Below, one piece after another: positions 1 through 14,651 of a stretch of DNA of 64,000 nucleotides. The position numbers and the translations under genes were made by a program. The notes under the pieces were generated by a model that was not told where the DNA came from, did not search any database, and saw only the letters and a list, made by a program, of their open reading frames with translations. Origin of the DNA: Eledone cirrhosa (Eukaryota); NCBI GenBank assembly GCA_964016885.1, contig OZ024742.1, positions 20,398,001 through 20,462,000 of the forward strand, written 5' to 3'. Numbering within the stretch: the stretch's first letter is position 1; each line of letters opens with the position of its first letter.

Positions 1-78
1 TATATATGTATGTATATATATATATATATATGTATGTATATATATATATATGTATGTATATATATATATATATATATG

Positions 79-121
<43 letters not shown>

Positions 122-128
122 GTATATG

Positions 129-159
<31 letters not shown>

Positions 160-420
160 GTATATATATATATGTATATATATATATATGTATATATATA
201 TATGTATGTATATATATGTATATATATGTATATATATATATATGTATATATATATGTATGTATATATATATATATGTATGTATATATATGTATATATATA
301 TGTACGTATATATATATGTATATATATGTATGTATATATATGTATATATATATGTATGTATATATATGTATATATATATGTATGTATATATATGTATATA
401 TATGTATATGTATATATATG

Positions 421-483
<63 letters not shown>

Positions 484-577
484 GTATGTATATATATGTA
501 TATATATTTGTATATATATGTATATATATATGTATATATATGTATATATATATATATATGTATATATATGTATATAT
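1..577. repeat. (TA)n microsatellite with TG interruptions
   Basis: Pure TA/TATG sequence. Confidence 0.98.
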
Positions 578-853
578 AGTTAAAAGAATAGAGGTGTAAC
601 ACACAAGTTATTATATATTGGTAAACGGAATAGAAAATGCTGACAAATTGTTCACAGTTGAAAACAGCACGGACACTCTATCTCAAAATTATTCTTGAAA
701 AGCATTTAGAAATGCGCAACCGGTACAAACTTAAAAACTTAAAACCACAACTGAATACTAACCCATACAATCACTAATACTCTTTTCTTCCTAATTAAAC
801 CATTTTTCAACTGTGAACAATTTGTCAGCATTTTCTATTCCGTTTACCAATAT
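578..853. mobile_element. Short two-armed PLE 3'-end fragment in (TA)n
   Basis: Inverted repeat of ~50 bp (615-664 vs 804-853). Degenerate hammerhead-like motif TTGAAAA-GCATT/AATGC-GCAAC-CG-GTA at 695-725. TA on both flanks. Confidence 0.6.
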
Positions 854-888
854 GTATATATATATATATATACGTATATATATATATG

Positions 889-941
<53 letters not shown>

Positions 942-1250
942 GTATGTATATATATATATGTATATATATATGTATATATATGTATGTATATATATGTATA
1001 TATATGTATGTATATATATGTATATATATATATATATATATAGTATTAAGGGTACTATTTATGGTTATGTATGCAATAAAACCTTTGATGGTAATATATT
1101 ATATATACACAAACCCTAAATAGTGAGAGATAGTCATTAATTACTATCCTATTACCAGTAAGATAAATAGCTCAATGTAATAACATCAGTTGTTTTACAG
1201 AGCAGTTATATAGAGATTACAGTAATCAAAGTTCAGTTTAAGTCATTTAT

Positions 1251-1299
1251 TTGCTTACAATTGTTTCCTCCAAACCGAGGTTTGGATTCTTCGGAGCAA
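1251..1299 (-). ncRNA. Minimal type I hammerhead ribozyme (family A, 3' pLTR)
   Basis: Reverse complement reads TTGCT-CCGAAGA-a-TCCAAAC/ctcg/GTTTGGA-g-GAAAC-AATT-GTA-AGCAA. Confidence 0.8.
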
Positions 1300-2840
1300 C
1301 TATTTATAACATACTTGACCTCCTTTTCAACCCAAGAGACACATAAAACATATGCGCATATTGATCAACAGTGGGGTGACATTCATCAAATGATATAGCA
1401 TGGCAGTTTACATATAAAGGTTACAGGATAAAAATAAAATAAAATAAAAACAAGAGTGAAAATAAGAGTGAAAATAAAGATAAACATGAAGCGTTGGCAG
1501 TCTATGAAGATAAAGCAAGACGAAAGCTTAGAGTAGTCAGTGTATGAAACAATCTCCCCTGTAGCATGCACGCGTGTCTTATCTATACATGATTAGAGTG
1601 CGTCAGAATGATATTTGCAGGGTCAGGCAGCTGAAGCAGGCAATCGATCTTATTATATAGGCTGAATTATTAAGTCATTTATTGTCATACATCATTATGA
1701 TATACAGTCTCGGATGCGGGGAAACGCCAAAATATCAAAAACCTTCAACATACTATAAACCTTATTGTATCGTAGGCAAGGTCGTACCACTGTCCTTGCT
1801 CACACCACCACTCACATAATCCATGAGACGCAATATATATATAGAGAACACGCGTCTATCGTATAATTCGCAGTGGTTCAGCATATAGTCAAGCTATAAA
1901 CCGTATCCAGTCGGTTCTTAATTAATATATCATGCTGTCCAGATTGCGGAATTGCCTGAATGACTAAGGGGAATTAATGCGTAAGGGGAGGTAACTAGCT
2001 AGTTATCTTAGTTACATTACTATGCTAAACTACATTAATGGTGATTCAAATACGTGCCTATCATGTGAAGTTATAACTAATATCTAGAGTATGTTACCCA
2101 TTTATAGGTTAGAGAGTTGTCCATTAAGAAGTACAAGGGTGTATATATTAGGATGATTACCATCCATTAATTAAGGGGTGTCATATCTGAACGTTCCATA
2201 AGAGGAGTCAGACTCTCAAGTCACTGCTCCATGCAGATGTAATATAACAGTAGGACCTGGTATGGTCCCACTATTATATATGCCACCCGGTAGGCTCCGG
2301 GTCATTGCTTGCCTGCATCTCCAGTAAATCTTCGGTATGGTCCGGAGATCCAATCTCTCATATAAATGCACTAGTCTGGCCATCAAGCAATAGACAACCC
2401 CCGTCTCAAATATAAATCAATTATGTATCACATCTCCAAGCTAGAGTGGAGTCTATTAATAGGTATTAAAGGAGTCCACATCAAGATGATTACGTGCATA
2501 ATTCAATGAACTGATCGCTTACAGTATATAATCACTTAACAATACGATTATCTATCTAATCATCAATCTATCTCTTGGTGGTAATCCATGCACAGGACTA
2601 TGCTATCGCAACCAGTACCGTGTCCCCAATTTATACTAATCTTATATTTGTGCAATGCAGAATAAGTAGTCCACGGTCGAGATATCAGTATTAGAGGTAC
2701 AAGGGGGTATTCCCAGGGTAGGTGGTACTAAAATGCTGTCAGTATTATCTTTAGAGTATAGAGATGGGTGTGGATGTCAGGTGTAAGGTGTGCTACTGAT
2801 GTTAATTGCTAGGGGTGGTGCCGGTTCCAGTCTGACATTA

Positions 2841-5324
2841 TTATATATAGGGTTTAAAATTTTGGAACGAGTGTCGGAAGCGGTGTTGGCAATTTGCGAA
2901 CACTTCTGATTTTTTATTAAGGAGATTATGTTTAGAGAAGATGATAGTATGGGTCTCTAGTAGACAGAGGTTACAAAATTTATCAGGAGGTTTGTACGAT
3001 GTTGCACTACCTACCACTTCCCATTTAAGTGTATATATTTTATTTTTAGTTTTTAGATAGTGTATGTAGCTAGATAGTGAAGTGGAGTTGGCTAGACTGT
3101 GTTTTTTGAAAGAGTGGAGGTGCGAATTGTATCTAGTTTTGAAGCAGTTAGAAGTGCAGCGTATGTAGGTCTCAGAAGAGCTGTTAGTTGTAACTGTACA
3201 TGAGTATATGATATCCTTGGTTAAGCATTTTTTATCTAAAGGGCAGGTTCTACTTGATCTACAGTTACAATTACTCTGGGTGCTAGTCTGCCGGTTACTA
3301 TGCTGTGTAGAAGTTTGGAGGTTAGCTATAGGGTTATGGTTATGCGGGTTGTGGTACGCAGCGTTAATGTTTCCACTAGTGCTATTACTATTATTTCCAT
3401 TGATATTACGGTTATTTGTTATAATGTTACTTTGACTGTTATTTTGAATGTTATTTTGAAGGTTTATCGACCGTTGTGATTTAGTTTGTTGGAAGTAAGA
3501 ATTAATTTTTCTTTTATTTGTACTAGCTATGTGGTATGCTAAGTTAGGCGTAGTAGAGTATGAGATCTTAATAGTGTTTTTGTTTAAAAGGCCGTGGTAC
3601 CTGTGGCCGGATGGGAAGTGTTTATCTAGTAGTGAGAAGAAAGCCCTAGGAAGGTTGGTAGAGACGTTTAAATTGAAGGGAGGGTTGAAAAATGTATTAT
3701 TTCTTCTTCTATTTCTGTTTTTTATGTCTGGTGATTTGTTTCCTTTAATGTTCCTATGGTCATTTCTGTGGTGCGGGTTACTCTTGTTGTTACAATCCCT
3801 ATTTGTGTGTGTGCAGTTGCTATTCCTATTATTAAATTTTCCCATGGACATGTTGTGTGAAATGATGTTGTAGCTATGTGTTTTTGTAGGTAGGAACTCT
3901 ATCCCTGTATTATGGCCTGATCTAGCTAATGCCTGATTATAATACTGCGAGTTATTGTTAAATGTGTTTATGTCATAGGATAGATTAGAGATTCTATTAG
4001 ATACTCCCTTAGAGATAGAGTTCAATATAGATTTAGGGTGGTTAGACTTGGTATCTACGTAGATGAGTTTTTCATTAGGTTTGTGGAAAGGTGCATATAT
4101 CATTGAGTCTAAGTAGAGTGTGGCGTCTAGGAAGTTGACGTTTTTGGTGTTTTTGTCCATGGTAATACTAAGGTTAAAGTTTTTGAATGTTTTGTGCAAT
4201 AGTTTTCTAGTCCTTTCTATATTGAATTTTTTATAGTCTATAAGTAGAAGTGCATCGTCGCGATACAAACCACCGCTGAGGTACGGAAGTTCCCTGTGGA
4301 TTAGGTTAAGTAAGTATAGGCCAACCAAATCAGTGACCTGCGCCGAGTCACTAGACCCCATAGTAATGTCGAAGTTGTTTTGCGTATCCTTGCGGGTCCA
4401 TAATTGGTCCTCAAAGGTGATTATTGTTTTACGGGCCGCAAGTATGACATCAATCTGGGGTCTAGTCAAGTCACTATTGTCCATGGCCATTATAAGTGCC
4501 TTATTTAGTAGGATAGGGGAAATAGAGGTGTAGTAAGAGTTGATATCAAATTGAATAAATTTTTTATCCTTGTTATCTATGATATTTTTGAACCATTCAA
4601 TCACTTCACCCGTATTTCCCCATTGCTTGAGGTAAATCTTGTGTTTAATCTGTGGGATGATTTTGTCTAGGATTATTTTACTGATAATGCCAATGTCAGA
4701 CCTGGAGGGGCAGATTAGTCTAATCGAGGGGTTGCTAATGAAGTCTACCTTATGGTCCTTCAGAGAGAATCTAGGGGGGTTTGGGGTGTAAGGTTGTGTA
4801 TGTCTCTGGAGCCCTAGTTTGGATACTATATTATAGCCTTCCATATTAATATCTTCTAAGTTTTTCATAGTGGTTTTCTTGTAGCTTTTATGTAGTTCAT
4901 TATATATAAACTTTCTATACGTATTATAATCTAGGCTGTATATGTTATTAGTTTTGTCAGCATGTACAAAAATGTTACTACTAGTTTTGAAGTCATTAAT
5001 AGAGGTGCTAAGTTTGTTTAAGAAGGTGTTGTTTTTATTATGGTGTTTTTTGTATTTAATGTTTTTAACTAGTTTAATTAGGTCGTTTTCGAAGAGGTTT
5101 AGTAGTGTGTTATGAGGGAGGCTTCTAAATGTTTTAAAGCCGAAGGAGTCAAATTTGTTGGTGTTATTATCCTTGCCAGATTTGTTTCTATCATAATGGA
5201 ATGTCCTCCATCTCACTCTATTGATAAAGGAGTTTACACTGTTGATCAACAACTTTTCATATGTATTTTTGGTTGGTAAAGGTATGTTCTTGGTTGACAT
5301 AGGGAGTTGGTCTTTGATCAGCAT
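2841..5324 (-). CDS. PLE reverse transcriptase with C-terminal GIY-YIG endonuclease (827 aa, uninterrupted)
   Basis: Motifs STKNIPLP, ADKT, LKDHK, FIQFDINSYY, MGSSDSAQ, GLYRDD, VNFLD; linker CNCRSSRTCP; endonuclease IIY..YIR..R..H, CNLC..E, LN. Confidence 0.95.
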   Translation of the reverse strand: MLIKDQLPMSTKNIPLPTKNTYEKLLINSVNSFINRVRWRTFHYDRNKSGKDNNTNKFDSFGFKTFRSLPHNTLLNLFENDLIKLVKNIKYKKHHNKNNTFLNKLSTSINDFKTSSNIFVHADKTNNIYSLDYNTYRKFIYNELHKSYKKTTMKNLEDINMEGYNIVSKLGLQRHTQPYTPNPPRFSLKDHKVDFISNPSIRLICPSRSDIGIISKIILDKIIPQIKHKIYLKQWGNTGEVIEWFKNIIDNKDKKFIQFDINSYYTSISPILLNKALIMAMDNSDLTRPQIDVILAARKTIITFEDQLWTRKDTQNNFDITMGSSDSAQVTDLVGLYLLNLIHRELPYLSGGLYRDDALLLIDYKKFNIERTRKLLHKTFKNFNLSITMDKNTKNVNFLDATLYLDSMIYAPFHKPNEKLIYVDTKSNHPKSILNSISKGVSNRISNLSYDINTFNNNSQYYNQALARSGHNTGIEFLPTKTHSYNIISHNMSMGKFNNRNSNCTHTNRDCNNKSNPHHRNDHRNIKGNKSPDIKNRNRRRNNTFFNPPFNLNVSTNLPRAFFSLLDKHFPSGHRYHGLLNKNTIKISYSTTPNLAYHIASTNKRKINSYFQQTKSQRSINLQNNIQNNSQSNIITNNRNINGNNSNSTSGNINAAYHNPHNHNPIANLQTSTQHSNRQTSTQSNCNCRSSRTCPLDKKCLTKDIIYSCTVTTNSSSETYIRCTSNCFKTRYNSHLHSFKKHSLANSTSLSSYIHYLKTKNKIYTLKWEVVGSATSYKPPDKFCNLCLLETHTIIFSKHNLLNKKSEVFANCQHRFRHSFQNFKPYI

Positions 5325-5579
5325 GCTGGTAATTTATGGTATATCAGCTCAACAAAATGGAGCAGTTATTAGTATTAAGGGTACTATTTATGGTTATGTA
5401 TGCAATAAAACCTTTGATGGTAATATATTATATATACACAAACCCTAAATAGTGAGAGATAGTCATTAATTACTATCCTATTACCAGTAAGATAAATAGC
5501 TCAATGTAATAACATCAGTTGTTTTACAGAGCAGTTATATAAAGATTACAGTAATCAAAGTTCAGTTTAAGTCATTTAT

Positions 5580-5628
5580 TTGCTTACAATTGTTTCCTCC
5601 AAACCGAGGTTTGGATTCTTCGGAGCAA
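5580..5628 (-). ncRNA. Minimal type I hammerhead ribozyme (family A, 5' pLTR)
   Basis: Same sequence as 1251-1299. Confidence 0.8.
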
Positions 5629-6076
5629 CTATTTATAACATAATTTTGGCGTTTCCCCGCATCCGAGACTGTATATCATACAGATGTATGACAATAAATG
5701 ACTTAATAATTCAGCCTATATAATAAGATCGATTGCCTGCTTCAGCTGCCTGACCCTGCAAATATCATTCTGACGCACTCTAATCATGTATAGATAAGAC
5801 ACGCGTGCATGCTACAGGGGAGATTGTTTCATACACTGACTACTCTAAGCTTTCGTCTTGCTTTATCTTCATAGACTGCCAACGCTTCATGTTTATCTTT
5901 ATTTTCACTCTTATTTTCACTCTTGTTTTTATTTTATTTTATTTTTATTCTGTAACCTTTATATGTAAACTGCCATGCTATATCATTTGATGAATGTCAC
6001 CCCACTGTTGATCAATATGCGCATATGTTTTATGTGTCTCTTGGGTTGAAAAGGAGGTCAAGTATGTTATAAATAG

Positions 6077-6125
6077 TTGCTCCGAAGAATCCAAACCTCG
6101 GTTTGGAGGAAACAATTGTAAGCAA
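6077..6125 (+). ncRNA. Minimal type I hammerhead ribozyme (family A, inverted arm)
   Basis: ttgct ccgaaga atccaaacctcggtttggag gaaac aatt gta agcaa; stem I TTGCT/AGCAA; palindromic stem III. Confidence 0.8.
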
Positions 6126-6164
6126 ATAAATGACTTAAACTGAACTTTGATTACTGTAATCTCT

Positions 6165-7798
<1,634 letters not shown>

Positions 7799-8071
7799 CA
7801 ACTTGCTGCTACCAAGATGAAAACTACTATGAAATCCCACACTGAATTTTATACTTGAATTTTCAAATCTCAAAATTTAACTCTTCTTATTATTAATTTT
7901 CTTAATATTAATCAACATTTGAAAAGATGGCTTTTGCAGACCCATCGAAACCGGTCATTTTTTTATACCCTTTATTATTTCCTTACCTTATAAAACTATA
8001 TGTTTTTTTCACAAAAAAGTATTCTGTCTCTTATATATTCCATGTGCCATTACCAACCTCAATTTTCTCTC
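7799..8071 (+). mobile_element. PLE 3'-terminal fragment
   Basis: Unique island of ~270 bp between TA tracts, carrying a hammerhead motif. Confidence 0.65.
7914..7961 (+). ncRNA. Minimal hammerhead ribozyme, U3-A8 core variant
   Basis: aacat TTGAAAA GATGG-loop-CCATC GAAAC CG GTC atttt. Confidence 0.72.
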
Positions 8072-8081
8072 TATATATATG

Positions 8082-8120
<39 letters not shown>

Positions 8121-8149
8121 GTATATATATATATGTATATATATGTATG

Positions 8150-8184
<35 letters not shown>

Positions 8185-8246
8185 GTATATATATGTGTAT
8201 TATATATATATATATGTATGTATATATATATATATATATATATATA

Positions 8247-10761
8247 AGAGGGTGTTAAAGTTTGCTTGAAGCATTGTGAAATGTGTAAAATACGTATTTA
8301 AGAAAGCCACAACAATGCAGAGGGAAATCTCGAGGTTGGAAGTGAAAGATAGATAGGAAAAACAGGTGAAAGTGAAAATTGAGAGAGACAAAGATGAAAA
8401 CAAAACAAAGGTAGAAGGGTTACCGTAGTAGAGATTTAATCCCAATATTTCGGGCTCACCCCATCAACGGGGGAAAGTTCCAAAAGGGGGGGGGGGAACA
8501 GGCCAAGCGGAGAAAGTTGTGATGTCGTTAAGACAGGAATGCCGTTATGGGGAGAAAATTATTTAAAATTTAAACGAGGGAAAGAATGCGCGTGCGCGTG
8601 ATAGGCTGTGGCAAAAGCTACTGACCAAATGGGTTAAATCAAGAGGGTGCGCTAGCGTGTGAAAGCCGTAAGATATGTGTGTGTAAATATATATGTGTGT
8701 GTAACTGTGTGTGTATAAGTGTAAGTGTGTATATGTGTGAGTGTGTGTGTGTGTGTGAAATATAGTGGGCTGTAGAAGCTGGAAATCAAAGGGTGTGAAA
8801 GGTGGTAGGTTGTAAAACATGTGTGCGTGTATAAATATAGATGTGTGTGTGTAAGCGTATGGGTATACATGTGTGTGTAACTGTGTGTGTATATGTGTGA
8901 GTGCGTTTGTGTGTGAAAGATAGTGGGCTGTAGAAGCTGGAAATCAAAGGGTGTGAAAGGTGGTAGGTTGTAAAACATGTGTGCGTGTATAAATATAGAT
9001 GTGTGTGTGTATGCGTATGGGTATGCATATACATGCGTGTGTGTGAAGATAGCACGCCGTAGGCTGTGAATGGTCACTATGGTTAAGTTAGCCATGTCAG
9101 CTCATTTCTCTCAGTCCGGTTGTTAAGTGGGGGTCTGAGGTTCTTAATAACAAGTGCTTCCTTTATCCTTAAGGATCCGATGCTGCGTTCAGTCGCTAGG
9201 ACTGTGACCAAGGGTCTACCCTGTGGGTTTCCGCATTTAAGGATGTGTTTACGGAAGGAAGATGCGTTGGTGTTGATATGTTCCTTGATACGAACATGTA
9301 GGGGTCGGATGGTGCTACCTATGTAAAACTTGTTACATTTATCGCATTGAATCTTATATACGACATGGGTGCGTAGGCAATCTGCCCCCCGTATCGGGCA
9401 GTTGCTGAGGGAACACGTCCCATCTGACTCGTCGGGTTTGTTGGAGAGGCATCTTCGCAGCGAAGGTCCTGTGTGGGCCAAATGTATATCAAGTCCCTCC
9501 GTCCGTATGGCCCTGCGGATGGCGTTTGTGGTATATTCACTCAGGTGGGGGATTTTAAAGAAGCACCTGCTATTATTTAATTTTCTAGTGGGTGTCTGTC
9601 TATTGGGTCTGGGGTCTCTAATTCCGTTAATCAGTCGCTTGGGATAACCATTAAATCTGAGTAGATTACGGAATTGCGTGGTATGGGTGAGACCACCCAT
9701 CGGGTCGCTGCATCTGTTAGTGATCCGTGTCAGTTCATTTAGGACATAGCCTCTCTTAGCGTTGTTGGGGAGGGCTGAGTTATAATGCACAAATAAGTCC
9801 TTGCACGCTGCTTTGCGGTAGAAGGTGGTGTTTATGTCTCCTTCTTCCGAGATGTTGATACGGAAGTCGAGGAGGGCGATCCTTAAGGATAAAGGAAGCA
9901 CTTGTTATTAAGAACCTCAGACCCCCACTTAACAACCAGGCTGAGAGAAATGAGCTGACATGGCTAACTTAACCATAGTGACCATTCACAGCCTACAGCC
10001 TGCTATCTTCACACACACGCACGTATATGCATACCCATACGCATACACACACACATCTATATTTATACACGCACACATGTTTTACAACCTACCACCTTTC
10101 ACACCCTTTGATTTCCAGCCTCTACAGCCCACTATCTTTCACACACAAACGCACTCACACATATACACACACAGTTACACACACATGTATACCCATACGC
10201 TTACACACACACATCTATATTTATACACGCACACATGTTTTACAACCTACCACCTTTCACACCCTTTGATTTCCAGCTTCTACAGCCCACTATATTTCAC
10301 ACACACACACACACTCACACATATACACACTTACACTTATACACACACAGTTACACACACATATATATTTACACACACATATCTTACGGCTTTCACACGC
10401 TAGCGCACCCTCTTGATTTAACCCATTTGGTCAGTAGCTTTTGCCACAGCCTATCACGCGCACGCGCATTCTTTCCCTCGTTTAAATTTTAAATAATTTT
10501 CTCCCCATAACGGCATTCCTGTCTTAACGACATCACAACTTTCTCCGCTTGGCCTGTCCCCCCCCCCCTTTTGGAACTTTCCCCGTTGATGGACGTGAGC
10601 CCGAAATATTGGGATTAAATCTCTACTACGGTAACCCTTCTACCTTTGTTTTGTTTTCATCTTTGTCTCTCTCAATTTTCACTTTCACCTGTTTTTCCTA
10701 TCTATCTTTCACTTCCTACCTCGAGATTTCCCTCTGCATTGTTGTGGCTTTCTTAAATACG

Positions 10762-10768
<7 letters not shown>
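8247..10768 (-). mobile_element. 5'-truncated PLE family B (non-Hydra; Penelope/Poseidon- or Neptune-like) with inverted arm
   Basis: Inverted repeat 8286-9177 vs 9878-10768. RT thumb plus GIY-YIG coding sequence between. TA flanks. Confidence 0.88.
9083..9877 (-). pseudogene. Partial PLE ORF: RT C-terminus plus GIY-YIG endonuclease
   Basis: LLDFRI..FYRK..HYNSALP..NGYP..VVYKIQCDKCNKFYIGSTIRPLHVRIKEH..EALVIK..P.LN. The 5' end is cut at the inversion junction. Confidence 0.9.
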
Positions 10769-10815
<47 letters not shown>

Positions 10816-11246
10816 GTATGTATATATATATATATATGTATATATATGTATGTATATATATATATATGTATATATATGTATGTATATATATATATATGTA
10901 TATATATGTATGTATATATATATATATATATGTATATATATGTATTTATATATATATGTATATATATGTATGTATATATATATGTATATATATGTATGTA
11001 TATATATATATGTATATATATGTATGTATGTATATATATATATATGTATGTATGTATGTATGTATATATATATATGTATATATATGTATGTATGTATGTA
11101 TATATATATATATATATATGTATATGTATATATATATTTATATATATGTATATATATGTATGTGTATATATATATATATATGTATATATATGTATGTATA
11201 TATATATTTATATATATATATATATATGTATATATATGTATGTATG

Positions 11247-11327
<81 letters not shown>

Positions 11328-11460
11328 ATATATATGTATGTATATTTTTATATATATGTATGTATATTTTTATATATATATCTATGTATATATATATATA
11401 TGTATATATATATATACATACATATATATGTATATATGTATATATGTATATATATGTATG

Positions 11461-11493
<33 letters not shown>

Positions 11494-11502
11494 GTATGTA
11501 TA

Positions 11503-11533
<31 letters not shown>

Positions 11534-11602
11534 GTATATATATGTATGTATATATATATGTATATATATGTATGTATATATGTATATATGTATATATGTA
11601 TG

Positions 11603-11659
<57 letters not shown>

Positions 11660-11740
11660 GTATGTATATATATATATGTATGTATATATATATATGTATG
11701 TATATATATATATGTATGTATATATATATATATATGTATG

Positions 11741-11774
<34 letters not shown>

Positions 11775-11855
11775 CATACATATATATATATATATACATA
11801 CATATATATATATACATACATATATATATATACATACATATATATATATACATAC

Positions 11856-11908
<53 letters not shown>

Positions 11909-12019
11909 CATACATATATACATATATACATATATACATACATATATATACATATATATATACATACATATATATACATATATATATATGTATATATATG
12001 TATATATATATATACATAC

Positions 12020-12055
<36 letters not shown>

Positions 12056-12098
12056 ATACATATATATACATATATACATATATACATATATATGTATG

Positions 12099-12130
<32 letters not shown>

Positions 12131-12173
12131 CATAGATATATATATAAAAATATACATACATATATATAAAAAT
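10769..12173. repeat. (TA)n microsatellite containing a fold-back palindrome (~11343-12174)
   Basis: G-interrupted tract switches to C-interrupted at ~11760. Landmark tatttttatatatatgtatgtatattttt..tctatg is mirrored at 12121-12174. Confidence 0.85.
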
Positions 12174-12540
12174 AGGAAAACTCTGATATAACACCTGCAA
12201 CCCTGATGGTATCCAATGATGTTGACTTGTTCTTCTTTTTGGTAAATATCATCTTGGTTAAGAGAGTGGGACTGGCTTTGTGCAGTGCCTTTGCTCACTA
12301 TAAAAGCTTCACGGCACAGGCATTGCTTTATATCTGGAGGTCTCTCTGCACTTGTCGTCACATGGTACCATAGGCCCAGCACTATGTGTCAATAATTGTC
12401 ACAAGTGTAGTGTTTGTACCAGAGTTTTCAAGTCGCTGGCTGGACTAAAACGTCACACTTGTTCAGCGCATCGGTGGTAGGGGTTCTCCTACATGGATAT
12501 AAAGTAGTGGCCGTACTCGAAAACGAGTTGGCAGCCACCA
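12174..12540 (+). mobile_element. Non-autonomous RTE-derived element, 5'-truncated copy 1
   Basis: Near-identical to the 3' part of 33745-34353. Has RTE-like ggaaaactctga and the terminal C2H2 remnant. Confidence 0.8.
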
Positions 12541-13392
<852 letters not shown>

Positions 13393-13445
13393 AATAAAAT
13401 AAAGTTAAATAAAAGTCAAATGATTAAAATTTAGCTTCGTTTGTT

Positions 13446-13500
13446 ACTGCTATATATAATTCAGTGACAGCTATCTTTGGCTGTGACCTCTTCAGGCAGT
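13446..13500 (-). ncRNA. Hammerhead ribozyme (family C, 3' end; GAAA mutated to GAAT)
   Basis: Reverse complement of 16745-16799 with two substitutions. Confidence 0.7.
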
Positions 13501-14651
13501 TTGAATTAGTATGGTATAGACAAGTACATATGTTGTTTAGGTGTATGATATTGTCAATACTCTGATATGCCCAGTTCCTTGTTGGGTTGTTAATTCACTG
13601 GGGAACTGGAGTCATATGAATTCAAACAAACGAATTTTCGTGTCACAGGTCCCCTTCTCCTCTCATTGGTCAGTTATTAGAACATTCTTCATTCTAAGTG
13701 TTGTTATTGTTGGAGTTAGCTTAAAAATTGATAAAATGGTAGAAGGGACAAGGTGTTGAAGGAACAAAATATCAAAAAATGTGTCAAACTTCCCATTGTT
13801 CAGTTCTTAGAGCATTCCTCAGTCAGAAGTCTATAGAATTCTTTCTGGGGTGAGGCTCCCTGTAGTGTTTTTGCCTGCTATTGTTCAGTACATTTGACCT
13901 CCACCATTATTTTGGTACTGTTGTTGTTGTAGTGGTCAGCTTATATCTTGCTGCTGCTAACAATTTAGAAGTATCCAGTTTGTTTGTGTTTTCTCTTCCT
14001 CCCACCCGCCACCATCGTAGTGGTGGTGGGGGGGGGGGGGGGTTCTTTCATGTATATGAAGAAATATAAGGCAATAAATGAAGAAAACAGAAAATAAATA
14101 AATAATATAATAAAATAAAATAATTAATATAATTTGTGTAATTTGAAAATAAATAAATAAATTGAGAATAAAGAATAAAGAGTAAATGAGAGATTGGTGA
14201 AAAGGTAATGATAATGTATATGGAGAAGTGAGAAATAATGTAGGATAAAGTGTGTGTGTGTGTGCTATAACCAATCTCAAGGTCAGAATATGTTGGATAG
14301 ATTGGTATGATACAAGATGTTAAGATGAGATATTCAATGTGTTTGTGTTATAATATATCTCAACTTCAAATAAATATAAGGTGATACAGTGAAGAGGGCA
14401 GAAAACAAATAACAAATTAATAAAGAGAAATCAAGATTTAAGATTGGAACTTTAAAGTCAGAAATCTGGTAAATTAAAAGTGTTTGTGTTATAGATGTTG
14501 GCCAGATTATTATGGCTGTGTCCGATTCTATCTCTAGGCTATCATGGTGTCTGCTCCGCCTGGGTTGTTCCCTATGGCTTGAGGGGAGTTCACAACCTAG
14601 GGTGTTGTAATTGCCCATATAGCTTGAGGGAGGTCTGGCCGAGAGGTGTTT

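Larger units (their letters stand above)
1041..6164 (-). mobile_element. Penelope-like retroelement family A (Hydra-type), full length, with direct pLTR and inverted 5' arm
   Basis: Direct repeat 1041-1313 = 5370-5642 (period 4329). Inverted copy 5643-6164 of 1212-1733. RT+GIY-YIG ORF. Both ends abut (TA)n. Confidence 0.93.
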
